Assembly (NCBI RefSeq): GCF_001194135.2
Contig: NC_068981.1
Coordinates: 26,013,457 to 26,077,456 of the forward strand
DNA: 64,000 nucleotides
Direction: 5' to 3'
From: Octopus bimaculoides
Lineage: Eukaryota
Part shown: piece after piece, positions 25,991 to 39,240 of the stretch
How the letters are laid out: every line of letters starts with the position of its first letter
How positions within the stretch are numbered: position 1 is the first letter of the stretch
The notes under the pieces: model-generated
Seen by the model: only the letters and a program-made list of their open reading frames with translations
Databases searched by the model: none
Told to the model about the DNA's origin: nothing
Made by a program: the position numbers and the translations under genes

Positions 25991-28689
25991 TAATAGGAAT
26001 AGTTTTCAATTTTATATCTGTACTGGTTCATTGAATATACCTTGGGATGAAAAAGAGAAACTTAATTCAATGCAATTGATTTGCTGATTCAGATCAATTT
26101 GAGGTTAAACAAGGGCGCAGCTAGGGTTTCTTGTTAGTTAAATGATTGGAAAATATTCAACATAAATGCACAGTGCAAGCATTTTGCTTTTCATATAACC
26201 AGCCTTTTAACTATTGCTATAAAATGTTACTATTAAATACTTTGTTACACCTGTAACCACTAAACACAAACTACTAGATATATATAAAAATATTAATGTT
26301 TATTCGGTAGCTGAATTATAATCTTCTTAAAACTATATTACTGCTTTTAAGTGTATTTCTTGGTTGATATTTCTTTTATGAATTCTATGAGGATTGTCAC
26401 TTTTCTTTTCTCCTTTGGTCAATCGTTTTGTTTATTATTCCAATAAAGTAATATAAACTATAAAATAGCAATTATATTGACAATTCAGCTACTTTTATGG
26501 GAAATGGAATCGTAATCTAATAAGGAAGATTATTAGAAGTGACAGTCAAATTTACCAATTACTGCGTATAAATATTAGTTTTATCGGAAATAAATGTTGT
26601 AATCAATATCATTAGAAAACTATTTATTTTATACTTTCTCAATTATAATTCTTGAGTATGAACTATAATGCGACAATAAATTCTTTAAGTGGCCAAACGA
26701 AGGTATTTTCTGTGAGTCTCGAATGGTTAACAGGTTTTTGAAATAGATATAAAAAATGATGGTACTTTCGCGTTACATCTATTGCTCTTTAAATAAGATT
26801 TTGCAAAAGTATGTTGCAGAAAATGAATGAATTATGAAAGCCTTTCAAATGTGAACATTTGTAATTGCTTTGTAGGTGCATATTGCAATCTGGTAATGTT
26901 ATAATACTAAACCAACGAAATATCCATAGATGTGTTCTTGCAAGTCAATCACAAAAGTCTAATTGCCAATAACATGAACACGGGATTTCCGAGTTTGAGA
27001 GGAGTAAGCAAAAAAGTAAGTTGCAATCCAGTGAAATACCTTTGAAAGCCGAATTGATTGCTAAAGTGTAGCCTTCACAAACGCAAAATATTTCAGAGTC
27101 GGAAAAATAGTTTCGCCAGATCATTTAAGAAATTATTGCGTAATAGAACATAAAGAAATAGTTGACTAATGCTAGCAAATGCATTATTTTCCATAAATTG
27201 CTTAATTTAAAGTCAGTCGACTTCCCAGAAACATCAGAAAAATCCCCTTCAAATTACAAATTACATTCTATAAAAAAAATTGTTGTTGTAGTCCTCGATA
27301 CAGTATGCAGATAAAATGCGGTATAATTATGGTTGGTAGTTATCTGTTGATATTTCTATCAGTGTAATTTTGCCATTTGTCAAGCTGTTAAAACCTAAAC
27401 ACGGTCCATAAATTTACCGCAAATATAACTCATCTTATGGATATCAAAATAAAATAAACCAACTGTTGAATGATTTATGTGTCTTCTTGTTTATCTTTAA
27501 GTTCTGCTAAGGTGTATTTTTTAACATGCAGATATGAGGAAAAATCTCGCTCCTGATATTTCTTAGGGTTTAAAATTCTTTTAATGAAATTCAGCTTTAT
27601 AAGCGAGCGTATTAAACATCTTTTTTTTTTACCAGTTAATGTATGGTTTGGTCATAGAAATAGTCTTCTGTTTGATGTTGCAACTGACTTTCTCGTCCTG
27701 AAGTCTCTAGATTATTGCCGTGGGAAATATTGCATATTTCCTCTTGGGGTATCGAGAGGTTGAAAGATGGTTGTTATGTCTGTTTTTAACTCAGCCCTTT
27801 CACTGACCCAACGCTTGGAGAGAGTAAGTCATACACAGAAATAAAACTCACATATACGAATGTACACACATGCATCATTCATATGTACCCCCTCACACAC
27901 ACACACACAAACACACACGTGTACATATTCTTACGCCTCGTATACCATATACGCATTGTTTCATTAAAACATATATTACACACTGTACAATAATTTAATT
28001 TTGTTAATATTACGCCAATTTAAAATCTTGCTATGAAATGTATGTAAAACCTTTATCAATAAGTCAACCCGTCACCTCTTTTGTCTGATATTTCAATGTA
28101 GTATTAAAGAGAAAATAATTAATAAAGAATAACAAACAATTGTGAGCTCGTTTGCGATCTTTCAACGGGTTAGATAATTGTTCTAAATAAAAGAATTCAA
28201 GTATACAATAGATCCACCACATCTTAATTTTTTGCAGTAAAAAAGTCTAGACATCTTTTGTTGCTTGGCAAACTTTCAAGTAGATTCCAAACGCCAACAT
28301 AAAATCTCCGAAACCATATGTCTTATTTACTTTGTTACATATACATATTATTTGATATTAAGTTTCGTCCTATGTATATTATAAATCTAGTTTCTGTACG
28401 TTTACAGGAACATTAGTTCATTCAACTCCGCATTTTATTAGTGTATTAGTAAACCAGATGCTGGATGATGACAATAAACACTGTGTTCCGATCCAAATTG
28501 GCGAGAATAATGTGACCAATAAGGTAGCTAGGGAAGCTTAATCTCCGCAAAAGCGCCAGCAATAATGTGAACCCTGATTAAAGCCATTCAAATAGCATTT
28601 CTTAGTGGTGTTATCTGATTTCTGTCTATGTCAGCCATGTTTAGGGGAGAACAACAAAAACAACAAAACAGACTTGCATTCACCGTAGA

Positions 28690-29340
28690 GGTCATTGTGC
28701 TGGATCTTTTGAAGCCACGTTTCTGCTAGTCCTTTGATCCCACTCTGATATCAGTTCTTATTCAAGGCGAAGAATCTTCCACTTCCAGTTGGTTGATGAA
28801 GTGCTGCAAGCGTAGGAAGTGAACCATGGATCGGAATTAATAATAATCCGAGGGAGCTAGATGCAGACTATATGTGAGGCGTAGCATGAGTTCGATTCTC
28901 TCAAGTTCCTGGAGTTTATTCCGATTTGTTCGAGTGGTATGAGGTCTTGCGCTGTCTTGCTGCAGAAGAGATCGCTTTCAGTGAAACAATGTGGGGTATA
29001 TATGCCACACAGTGGCAAACATTCGGTCCAGCTCTTCGGGGAACAGGTTGGTATTGATGGTTAGAGCATCTGGAACGAACTAGTAGTGAAATATCTCCTC
29101 ATAATTCCACCAGGCGTAGAACATCATCTTTGTTCGAACCACCCACGTTTGGCGACATGATTCGGAATTTACCCTCTGCTTATCAACTGCTTGTACACGT
29201 TAGGATTGTGGAACAATACCTCCCTTGGATTATTACTTGTTCACACCCACGGTTCACATTTTACGCTCGCGACGCTTCATAACCCGAAAAGATGGGGAAG
29301 CTTCAGAGAAAGAGCTCTTCGCCGTGAAGTACTCCTTCAA
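28690..29340 (-). mobile_element. Mariner (DD34D) transposase remnant
   Basis: The minus strand gives LQQDSARPH (HDNARPH-like) and YSLHLAPSDYY*FRSMVHFLR (YSPDLAPSD-like), plus an upstream WW-containing segment. No TIRs recognised. Confidence 0.85.
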
Positions 29341-29954
29341 TGAATATACATAATACATATACGTGTGTGTGTTTCTATGTGTCTGATATATGTGTATGTG
29401 TGTGTATGTGAGTGTGTGTTTATTATCTGGAATAAAATCAGAAAAATTCTGTATACATCATCCATGCCGTATATCTGTGCAATCTATATTCATATGCCTC
29501 CAAAACTATCCCAGTTTATACATGCTTAACAATCCCGATGATGTCATGGTCGTACTTTTACATGCATGCAACTATGATATGTGCATAGGCATGTGCATTT
29601 CAAACACCTACGTGTCACCATTTTAGTTAATTCAGCCGCATTTTATGTGTACATACGGATGATTATTTATGTGTATGAGAAATCGAAGCCTGCGCAACAC
29701 AAACGGATATGCGCGTGAATAAATAAAAGTGCAAATATATCCATATTCATATGAGCGCAAGCATATATAAGCATATATTTTAGCTAAAATGGAAAAATTT
29801 TGAAACAAATTTGTCTCCATTTAACCTCAATAGAATTAAATCTTATGGTAAATCAAATTTCTTTAACTAGTAATCTATACCATTTATTCTTTATCGTCTC
29901 TTCTACGTAGTTAAACATACAATCACAACGCCACTCAGTTGTGTGATGAAAAAA

Positions 29955-29993
<39 letters not shown>

Positions 29994-31579
29994 AATAAAC
30001 AATAAATACTTATCGGAAAGTAATATTTCATTTATTTTCATGATATTCTTCATAATAACGACTGACTTTATCATTTAACCAGAACCTTATAAGACTTCTC
30101 AGAAATACCAACCATTAAACTCGGTCTATGAAAAATTCCAACATGTATTTTGTCGTATTTTTAGATTTCATGGTTCTCATTACAAATTAGGATATATTTA
30201 CACATACTTACACACACATACGGAAACACTTACGCACATATGCAGACACACACTTACACAATACAATGTTCCCACCATTTAGCTATATTCATTCTGACAT
30301 GCAAATTAAAGGAGTATAACGAGGTTTTCAGCGCCCTATTAAAAGCGAGCGTCTTGCTCCGAACATGTTCACTCAAGGACATTTTTACGTCGCTTATTCT
30401 CGTTTTCGTGAGCTCTTTCTTCTTTGCATTTTATTAGTTTTATTTTTTTGACATTTATCTTGAAAAATTATATCTACTGTATGATTATGTTCTAATATAG
30501 TCTCCACTGATATTTGCATTTTAGAGCTGTGAACCTTGGAGTAAGGGATAGTGGATATTTCAGTAAATTATACAGACAGTACAACTCTACATCACGTATT
30601 GAGCATTGGGTAGTCTATATGCCCCTATGTTCTACTTATGACCATTAATTTATCTCTTTTTCGTTGAACAAACAAAATATGCGCTCAGCGTATTTTATTG
30701 GAGTTGTATGAATTTTAATAACAATTCAGCTCAAATTGTTATTTACTACAAACACACACAACACACAGACACACTCACACACTAACGCATACACATGTAT
30801 ACATACATATACATGCATGTCTGTCCGTCTGTCTGTCTGTCTGTCTGTATGTATATATGTAAACTCCATCCTGTCAACACCTCAGATGTAAAATACTTCT
30901 CTTATGTAAAATACTCCCCTGAAGACGGAGGCGGGTGGTGTTATCCGATAATGGATACAAGTAACTATCATTCTTCCAGACCACCAAGGGCCATGAAACA
31001 CCTTTTGGACTCATAAAACTCAACTCATTTAACCTCTTGATATCATCTATATTCACTAAATCGGACTATTTCATATCAATACACATGTACATTTTTACTA
31101 TTAACTGAATTTAATATTCTGTATAAATCGACTTGCCAAACTTGCTTGTCATTACATTTACTCCTCAACTGGCTCAATTTAAATCTCTTGAGCACTTCGA
31201 ACTGTATTGTATATGGAGAGTACCCCTCTCTCTTTCTCTCTTTTTCTCTCTCTTACTCTCTCTTTCTCTTTCTCTCTCTCTCTTTCTCTCTCTTNNNNNN
31301 NNNNNNNNNNNNNNNNNNNNNNNNNNNNNNNNNNNNNNNNNNNNNNNNNNNNNNNNNNNNNNNNNNNNNNNNNNNNNNNNNNNNNNNNNNNNNNNNNNNN
31401 NNNNNNNNNNNNNNNNNNNNNNNNNNNNNNNNNNNNNNNNNNNNNNNNNNNNNNNNNNNNNNNNNNNNNNNNNNNNNNNNNNNNNNNNNNNNNNNNNNNN
31501 TATATATATACATATATATAAAATACAAAAATGAGACAAGAACGCAAAACATTCAAACAGTTAAATGATACGAAGAAGT

Positions 31580-32282
31580 GACAACAAAACATCCAGATAG
31601 ACGATACAAAGAAAACAAGGACGGGTCATTCGGAGTTTTCTTTCCTCAGTCGAGTTCCAGATCAGGCTCGGCCGAACACCGATCACGTGGGGGAGAGAAG
31701 AGAGAGAGGTAGAGGCAGAGGAACAGAAGAATTAAGGAGGAGCGAGAAAAAATGACAGGGTCACAGTCAAGTGAAAAGAGGAGGGAAAGTGAGCAAGAAG
31801 AGAAAGCAAGGAAATGTGAGAGAGGGGAAACAAAAGAACGAAGAGTGGAATGAACGAAGAAGCATTAAAGGGCTGAGGCCAAGCCTGATCTTTCTTTCTT
31901 AGTCCGGCCGTCGTCCATCCAACATCTATATTCTTCCCTGTGCCTGTGAAATTTTGTATCCCTACCATAAGGCTTTATTTCCACACACACCTGCTTAATT
32001 TATTTCGTCCTTAGTCGAAAGGCACCTGTTGTTATGTCCTGCTATTTGTATTTGTGTACCATTTCTCCGTTTTTTTCCGTCCTTCTTTTGTATGCATTCG
32101 CTGCTTCTTCCAAGGAATCTAATGCACTTAGCTTAGTTTTTTCTTGGGGCTGGCCAGATTGGACAATCTTGAGTATAACCAGCCGAAATTGCAAAGATAA
32201 TCTGGAACTCGACTGAGGAAAGAAAACTCCGAATAACCCGTCCTTGTTTTCTGTGTAACGTCTATCTGGATGTTTTGTTGTC
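31580..32282. repeat. Inverted repeat, 83-bp arms (31580-31662 and 32200-32282)
   Basis: 80/83 complementary by manual alignment. Confidence 0.92.
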
Positions 32283-33524
32283 CCTTTTTGTATCACGTAG
32301 CTGTCTGGATGTCTTGCTTTCTGTATGAAAACTGTCAATATTACTCCGAGCACACGCGATATATATATNNNNNNNNNNNNNNNNNNNNNNNNNNNNNNNN
32401 NNNNNNNNNNNNNNNNNNNNNNNNNNNNNNNNNNNNNNNNNNNNNNNNNNNNNNNNNNNNNNNNNNNNNNNNNNNNNNNNNNNNNNNNNNNNNNNNNNNN
32501 NNNNNNNNNNNNNNNNNNNNNNNNNNNNNNNNNNNNNNNNNNNNNNNNNNNNNNNNNNNNNNNNNNNNNNNNNATATATATATGTATATACATACACATA
32601 CATACAAGCGTGCATGCATGCATTCATACATAAACATATACGTAGATGCATACACACATAAAACAAAACATACAAATCTGCACGTATACATGCATACATA
32701 CAAAAATACTCTGTTGATGTTGAAATTCCAATGAAGGAGTCTTGGATCTAGATTAGAAACTGGCTCTTTCTCTATTGGCAAGAAATCTTGAAATAAAACT
32801 GAATAATGACATATATACACATATACATAATACGTACATACCTACATACACACATACATACATACGTACATGCATACCTGCACACATTCATACTCACTCA
32901 CCTACACAAGCATTCGTGGTCAACAAGAGAAAATGCTGTTAGCTATTTGGGTTTTCTTAGAAAAAATCAACGGAAGATAAATAGATACTTTTCGCTATAG
33001 TTTGACTTTGTCACGCTTCGTAACATAAAATCTGTGTATTAAAGATTAAATTAAACTGAACATATATTCAACTATATTGCATCATGAAATTTCTATCAGT
33101 TCATTATAACCACACACAAACACACATAAACTTCGGAGTGTAAATTCACATCATTTGAGCACTATACACACGTACATATTCAAACACACATGAACATACA
33201 CACATATATTATTTATATTCATGGTACCTGCATATATGTGGACATCTTCATTAATACCAATATTTATATATACATATATATACACACACACACAAACATA
33301 TATATATATATACACATACATATATATACTCACACACATATAGACGTAGACGTCTGCATTCATGCCACTATATGTGGTGTGGGTGTGTTCGTGTGGTGTG
33401 TGCGTGCGTGTGTATGTGTGTACGCGCGCGTACTTACTTGATTGTGTGAGTACAAATCTCAGTATATATGCGAACACACGTATGTATACATCCGCATACT
33501 TTCATGCAAACACACACTACATAC

Positions 33525-33608
33525 ATTGGCCAGCTGATTTTCGCACATCCGGTAGACAGTCGGACTAGACACTTAATGATATCGAGTAACACTCGCTGCT
33601 CATTATTT
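33525..33608 (-). CDS. Candidate internal coding exon (84 nt, phase 2-2), product unknown
   Basis: Strong acceptor CTCTATATTTTCTTATTTCAG|A and donor AAT|GTATGT. Only the phase-2 frame is open: NNEQRVLLDIIKCLVRLSTGCAKISWP. Joins in frame to the 36846 exon. Confidence 0.4.
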
Positions 33609-34624
33609 CTGAAATAAGAAAATATAGAGCGAAATACGTGAACATAGTAATTGAAACGCAGTCTGGGTAAAAACGGGAATTAGTCTTTTTTTTTTTTTCT
33701 TTATCGAAGATATCTGGTGGCAAGACATTTATGTGGTATTGCTTCCTTTGTTTCTTCAAAGTTTTTATCATTACTTGCAACGTAGTGGAAGAATTACATA
33801 TTTCTTGTTTCTTTCATGAAAATTGCTTGATATGTCTTCTCTTCTACCGGGTACTAGTAGAGCTTTAGTTAAATACATTTTGGTAGCTTTTTTTACATGA
33901 ATATTTTCATTGAGTACTTTGTTACATTCGTTTAAATACAGGTCTGTTACTTTAATTATAGTATGGCTCTTTACCGTTTACCATTTACATGTTTCAATAT
34001 TTTAAGACAATGCCCCCATACTGGGGCACGGCTATCAAGGGTTTTAGCCGAACAAGTTGACTCTAGTACTTACTTTTCACTTTCATAATTATTCTATTGG
34101 TTTCGGTCGAACCGTAAGTTACAGGGATATAAACGAATCTGCATGGGTTCCCAAACGATGGAAGGAGAAAAGAGACAACCCAAATATATATATATATATA
34201 TATATANNNNNNNNNNNNNNNNNNNNNNNNNNNNNNNNNNNNNNNNNNNNNNNNNNNNNNNNNNNNNNNNNNNNNNNNNNNNNNNNNNNNNNNNNNNNNN
34301 NNNNNNNNNNNNNNNNNNNNNNNNNNNNNNNNNNNNNNNNNNNNNNNNNNNNNNNNNNNNNNNNNNNNNNNNNNNNNNNNNNNNNNNNNNNNNNNNNNNN
34401 NNNNNNNNNNNNNNNNNNNNNNNNNNNNNNNNNNNNNNNNNNNNNNNNNNNNNNNNNNNNNNNNNNNNNNNNNNNNNNNNNNNNNNNNNNNNNNNNNNNN
34501 NNNNNNNNNNNNNNNNNNNNNNNNNNNNNNNNNNNNNNNNNNNNNNNNNNNNNNNNNNNNNNNNNNNNNNNNNNNNNNNNNNNNNNNNNNNNNNNNNNTA
34601 TATATATATATATATGTATATATA

Positions 34625-34825
34625 TTCTTTTATTTGTTTCAGTCATTTGACTTCGGCCATGCTGGAGTACCGCCTTAATCGAGGAAATCGACCCTAAGAC
34701 ATTCGTTGCAAGCCTAGTACTTATTCTCTCGGTCTGTTTTGCAGAACCGCTAAGTTACGGAGACGGAAACATACCAGCATCGGTTGTCAAGCGATGTTGG
34801 AGGAACAAACACAGACGCACAAACG
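34625..34825 (-). mobile_element. Family 2 SINE 3' half (similar minus-strand halves at 58790-58950 and 63795-63985; minus-strand head at 2745-2870)
   Basis: TCAGTCATTTGACTTCGGCCATGCTGGAG..AAGCCTAGTACTTATTCT..CCGCTAAGTTACGG. Confidence 0.85.
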
Positions 34826-35674
34826 CACGCTCGCGCGTTTTTCGTAACCACACATCGATACCTACGATCTTCTTAAAATTAGCGATCGAGCTCTAGCAGC
34901 TTTCTTGAGAAGATTACTATGTAGCGTGTGCAGCACACTTGTTACAGAAATTCGTGACGTGTTCCACATTTGTTAACGATGCTGCACAAAGGACAGGTCT
35001 GTCTATAAAAATACATGTTTCTTGTAATACGTGTTTCGTTTGTCTCAAATCACACCTTGCCTACATTTTTGTAAAGGAATTTCGCGTTAGGTAATATAGC
35101 CCTAGATACAATACTCATGTAAATGAATCATTTTGGTCACGCTATTTAAATCAGTACTAATGTGGGGCATAACAACTGCAGTCACATCGACAGCGACAGC
35201 AGTAACGATAACAAAAGAAACAACACCGAAATCATTTGCAACAACAACAACAACAAAAATAGCAACAGCAGCAGCAGCAGCAGCAGAACAATAAAAACAA
35301 CCGCAGCAGTAATAATAACAGCAGTAACAACATCAACAAACTATGGTGGAATTAAATTTCAGCGTTTCTGAACATATCTGACACTCTCGTAATTTATAGT
35401 GAGCTTCAGCCACGTGCGTGCTAATGATTTTCACAGATTCCACAGGAGGCTGTTGAAAGATGTGTATATATCTGTAGCGGCGTAAACAGCTCAGTATTGC
35501 TAGTGACAAGTTGAGAAGTGACGAAATGGTGACACTTCAGTCACTAATCATACATCTATCAATACTACTTGATGCGAGAAACCAACGAGTACAGTTGTAA
35601 GTTTACGTGTGAGTCTGCAAGAAATAGCAACCAAATATATCGCCAATCATATGCTAGAACATTTTTGTAAAATT

Positions 35675-35835
35675 CATATAGCTGTTTAGATGTTTGTCTC
35701 TCAACCACATAATTCCGGTTTCAGTCCTACTGCGCGGTACCTTGGGCAAGTGTCTTCTACGGCAGCCTCGGGCCGACCAAAGCCTTGTGAGTGGATTTGG
35801 TAAATGGAAATTGAAAGAAACCCGTCGTAAATATA

Positions 35836-35883
<48 letters not shown>

Positions 35884-36155
35884 AATAATATATGAGTATA
35901 TGCATATATACGTACATATATGTACATACCTACATCTACATGTATATATAGATGCATATCTGGGTACAGGACGTTGCAAACAAACGTGGACAAAATGATA
36001 AACGGAGTGCAGAAAACACACAGGCCACATAGAGAACATTTCCTTCATCAGCTGATAGAATTAGCACTAGGCTTACAAAGAATAAGTCCTGGGGTCTATT
36101 CTTCAACTGAAAGCCGGTGCTCCAGCATGGTCAAAGTCAAATGACTGAAGGAAAT
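35675..36155 (+). mobile_element. Family 2 SINE with a second repeat inserted in its internal (TA)n
   Basis: 5' half at 35675-35830, then (TA)n, an unrelated repeat at 35879-36052, and the 3' half at 36053-36155. Confidence 0.85.
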
Positions 36156-36463
36156 AGAAGAATAAGAGAATATAATTTACTCATAGGTGCATATATGATA
36201 TTGGAATAAGAGTCCAAATATTCACAGTTAGTATGTCTTTGATAAACGATGTACTCAAACGTGACGACAATGTTAAGATCATAGATCTGCTCCTGAAGTA
36301 CTGACATCGCTTATAAATAAAAGTAACACACAATTATCCTTTTTTTCTGGGAATCGATTAGCTATCGGTTTTCGTTATACACATAAGATACTTCAGAAGA
36401 GACCAGAAATAATTGTTTATTTCAACAAATATATGAAAGGTAAATATTTTATCAGCAATGTGT

Positions 36464-36469
<6 letters not shown>

Positions 36470-36561
<92 letters not shown>

Positions 36562-36590
36562 CAGAGAGACAGAGAGAAAGACAGAGAGAG
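36470..36590. repeat. (GA)n grading into (GACAGA)n; other GA tracts at 25010-25053 and 39810-39870
   Basis: Read directly. Confidence 0.97.
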
Positions 36591-36845
36591 GGAGAAATTT
36601 TGCTAAACAACACGGAATAATAAATACATATTTTGTGCTTCTTGCTATACTAAGTTTCCCTAAGTATATTCTCATATACTCATTAAAACCAACATTTCTT
36701 CTTTATCTGTATCTACTTTTGTAATTGTTGCACTCATCAAACATAAGGATTTAAAATTCATTTCGAACCCGCCACATAATCATAAGTTAAATATTCGTAC
36801 CCGAAAAATGTCAATTCCTGTTTGCAGATATCTATATCAACTCAC

Positions 36846-36947
36846 CTGCGCATAATTTTGTTTAAACTATCTAAATTTAGCTCATGGTTTAATGCTGCCT
36901 CTAATAATGCTGGCAGTGAATTGACTAGATTGGTCCGTGTCAGGAAC
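36846..36947 (-). CDS. Candidate internal coding exon (102 nt, phase 2-2), product unknown
   Basis: Bounded by TTTAAATAG|G and CAG|GTGAGT. Only the phase-2 frame is open: FLTRTNLVNSLPALLEAALNHELNLDSLNKIMR. No homologue recognised. Confidence 0.4.
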
Positions 36948-38399
36948 CTATTTAAACCGGTGTGTTTAAGCTTGTATTATAATTGATTTGAGCATTTATT
37001 TGCAACAAAACATTTATAGACTGGGTCTCACGTAAATAGTTCCTCTTTCATACAAAGTTTATTAATAAATACAAGTGTTGAAATAGAATTCAAACAATTT
37101 TGATGTCAGAAGGCGCAATTGTATGTTTATTTGTCAACAAAACAAAAAAAGTCGTAATAGAGTTTATCATTTATATAAATAACGTATAAATCTCAAATAA
37201 CAAGGCTATTCTTGGAAATTTTGTTTCATTTCATTCATGTCTGTGTAAACAATTCATCGTTGTTTGGTATTCAGTTTTCTATGATACTAATCACACATGG
37301 TTATAAGTTAACTTTAGACTTTAGAAATGGACTGAATGATCAGTATATTACTATTTCGTTGTAAGAATCCAAATCAAACGAGTGAATTGTTTTCAGTTCA
37401 AGTTGCAAGTGACTTTATACTTTCCAAATTCTATAAATTTTCAGTTGATTAACAAACTCTTTATAGAAAATAACACCAAACTATAATATTATCGATCGTA
37501 TACTTAATACACTGCCCAAATTAACATGATAACTTAACATTGAGCTGTATTTAATAATATTATTCAAAATTGCTGAAATCATTTCGGTCCAGTTCTGCAA
37601 TCTAAAGATAATTAAGGACGTATTCCCTTGCTGGGTTTAGCAACAGTACAACCCGGCCTTTGGGCGCCTTGGGCAAATTCCACATTCCTGAAATCATCAG
37701 GACAGTTGTTTGGTTTTTTCCTCACTTAACTTTGCCCCCCACCCTCCAGCCACATATGCATTCAAACAGTGCTGCCTTCCTACACTAAATATGTCATTAA
37801 AATCAAATTCCTTTGACAGTAATAACTGCTTTGCCGTCGCCAAACAACATAATTTGATTTCGATCTTTTATTTTTTCCATAAAAATATCGCAAAGACTAT
37901 ATTTCTAAACGATAATTAAGGACATCAAATTCACTTTACGTTAGTCAAGTAGTCTATATATCAACTATAAATCGATGTTTTGCTTTGCTTTTATTTAATT
38001 TATCGAATATTTTCCAAACGTTTTCGTGATTAAAATGTGGTGTTGTTGATTACATATGAAATTCCGCTTAAATTATTGACATTTTATAGAATTTGGACGA
38101 TAAAATCAATAACTGAAATTTGCTGTGAAGCCTTCAGTGCGCTAACAAACATAGCTCATACGCAAATACAATCACACAGATATAAAGATATAAGAATGCA
38201 TGTAGGCATACATACATGCACACATGCATACATACATACATACATACATACATACATACATACATACATGCATACATACATACATACATACATACATACA
38301 CACATACGTACGTACATGCTTTTGATCTGTAGAAGAAATCCACTCCATAGACGTTAAAACTCGCAAAATACTGACTTCAACTGGAAATCTCCGAAACAG

Positions 38400-39240
38400 T
38401 GATATCAGCAGGCTCCACTTAAGGAGAGATAAATGTGGCAGAGACTTGAGATTAGGACAAACAGCCTTTCAATGCCGTATAATCTCTCTCAGATAGCACT
38501 TGCTAAAGAATAGCAGCAAAAATAAATACGTTAACTTAGTACTGATAGGTGAAGAGAGCAATATCCTCAGTGAACTCCTCAAGGAGCACTCCCTTCCTGA
38601 TGATCTCCCATACAATCACAAAACAGCCGAACTAAGATACTTCTGCGAACACCTGTATGTGAAACGCTCAGGGTAATAACAAAGAACTATGTATGTGTAT
38701 GTTTCCCGAACGACTGAACAGTAACATTCTTTCTATAATAAGCATAAAGCCTGAAATTTTCAACTGGTACATTTTATCGACCTCGAAAGGATGAAAAGCA
38801 AATTCGACCCCGGTGGAATGTGAACTCCGAACACGAAGACAGACAAAATACCGCTAAGCATTCTTTCCGACGTGTTAACGATTCTACCGCCCAAGAATGA
38901 GACAGTGATATCGACATGAAGAGAAACCTCCCTTGGACATGTAGCCGCTACATCACATCACACTTCGAAGACTATGCATTTGCAATCCAAGGACAGATTG
39001 CTACGAAATTCCTAATAAACGAAAGCGACTGAAACCAGTGGAGCTCGAAGATGCAACCAACAATGTAGATTATGTCATATTTCTGTGTGATGTGCTAAGC
39101 ACACCACACTTGTGTTTAGCAACTATCCAAAAATATCATCAAGGTACTACCTACCTACATGACGCGACCTAGTTACAAAAACGATATACAATGTCATTCG
39201 GGAAACAGACTGTCCTGGAATAAATATAGAGAATCCCCTT
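38400..39240 (+). mobile_element. Old R4/Dong fragment interrupted by a SINE
   Basis: DISRLHLRRDKCGR (D.DRLY..R..GGRG-like) at 38400. After the SINE come ITSHFEDYAFAIQ and a degenerate knuckle. Confidence 0.65.
38741..38892 (-). mobile_element. Family 1 SINE nested in an R4/Dong fragment
   Basis: CAACTGGTACATTTTATCGACCTCGAAAGGATGAAAAGCAAATTCGACCCCGG..CCGCTAAGCATT..TAACGATTCT. Confidence 0.85.

Noticed and set aside
27635-27830. Exon-like stretch with a strong plus-strand donor and acceptors on both strands
   Set aside because: All frames are stopped on both strands, so it cannot be assigned.
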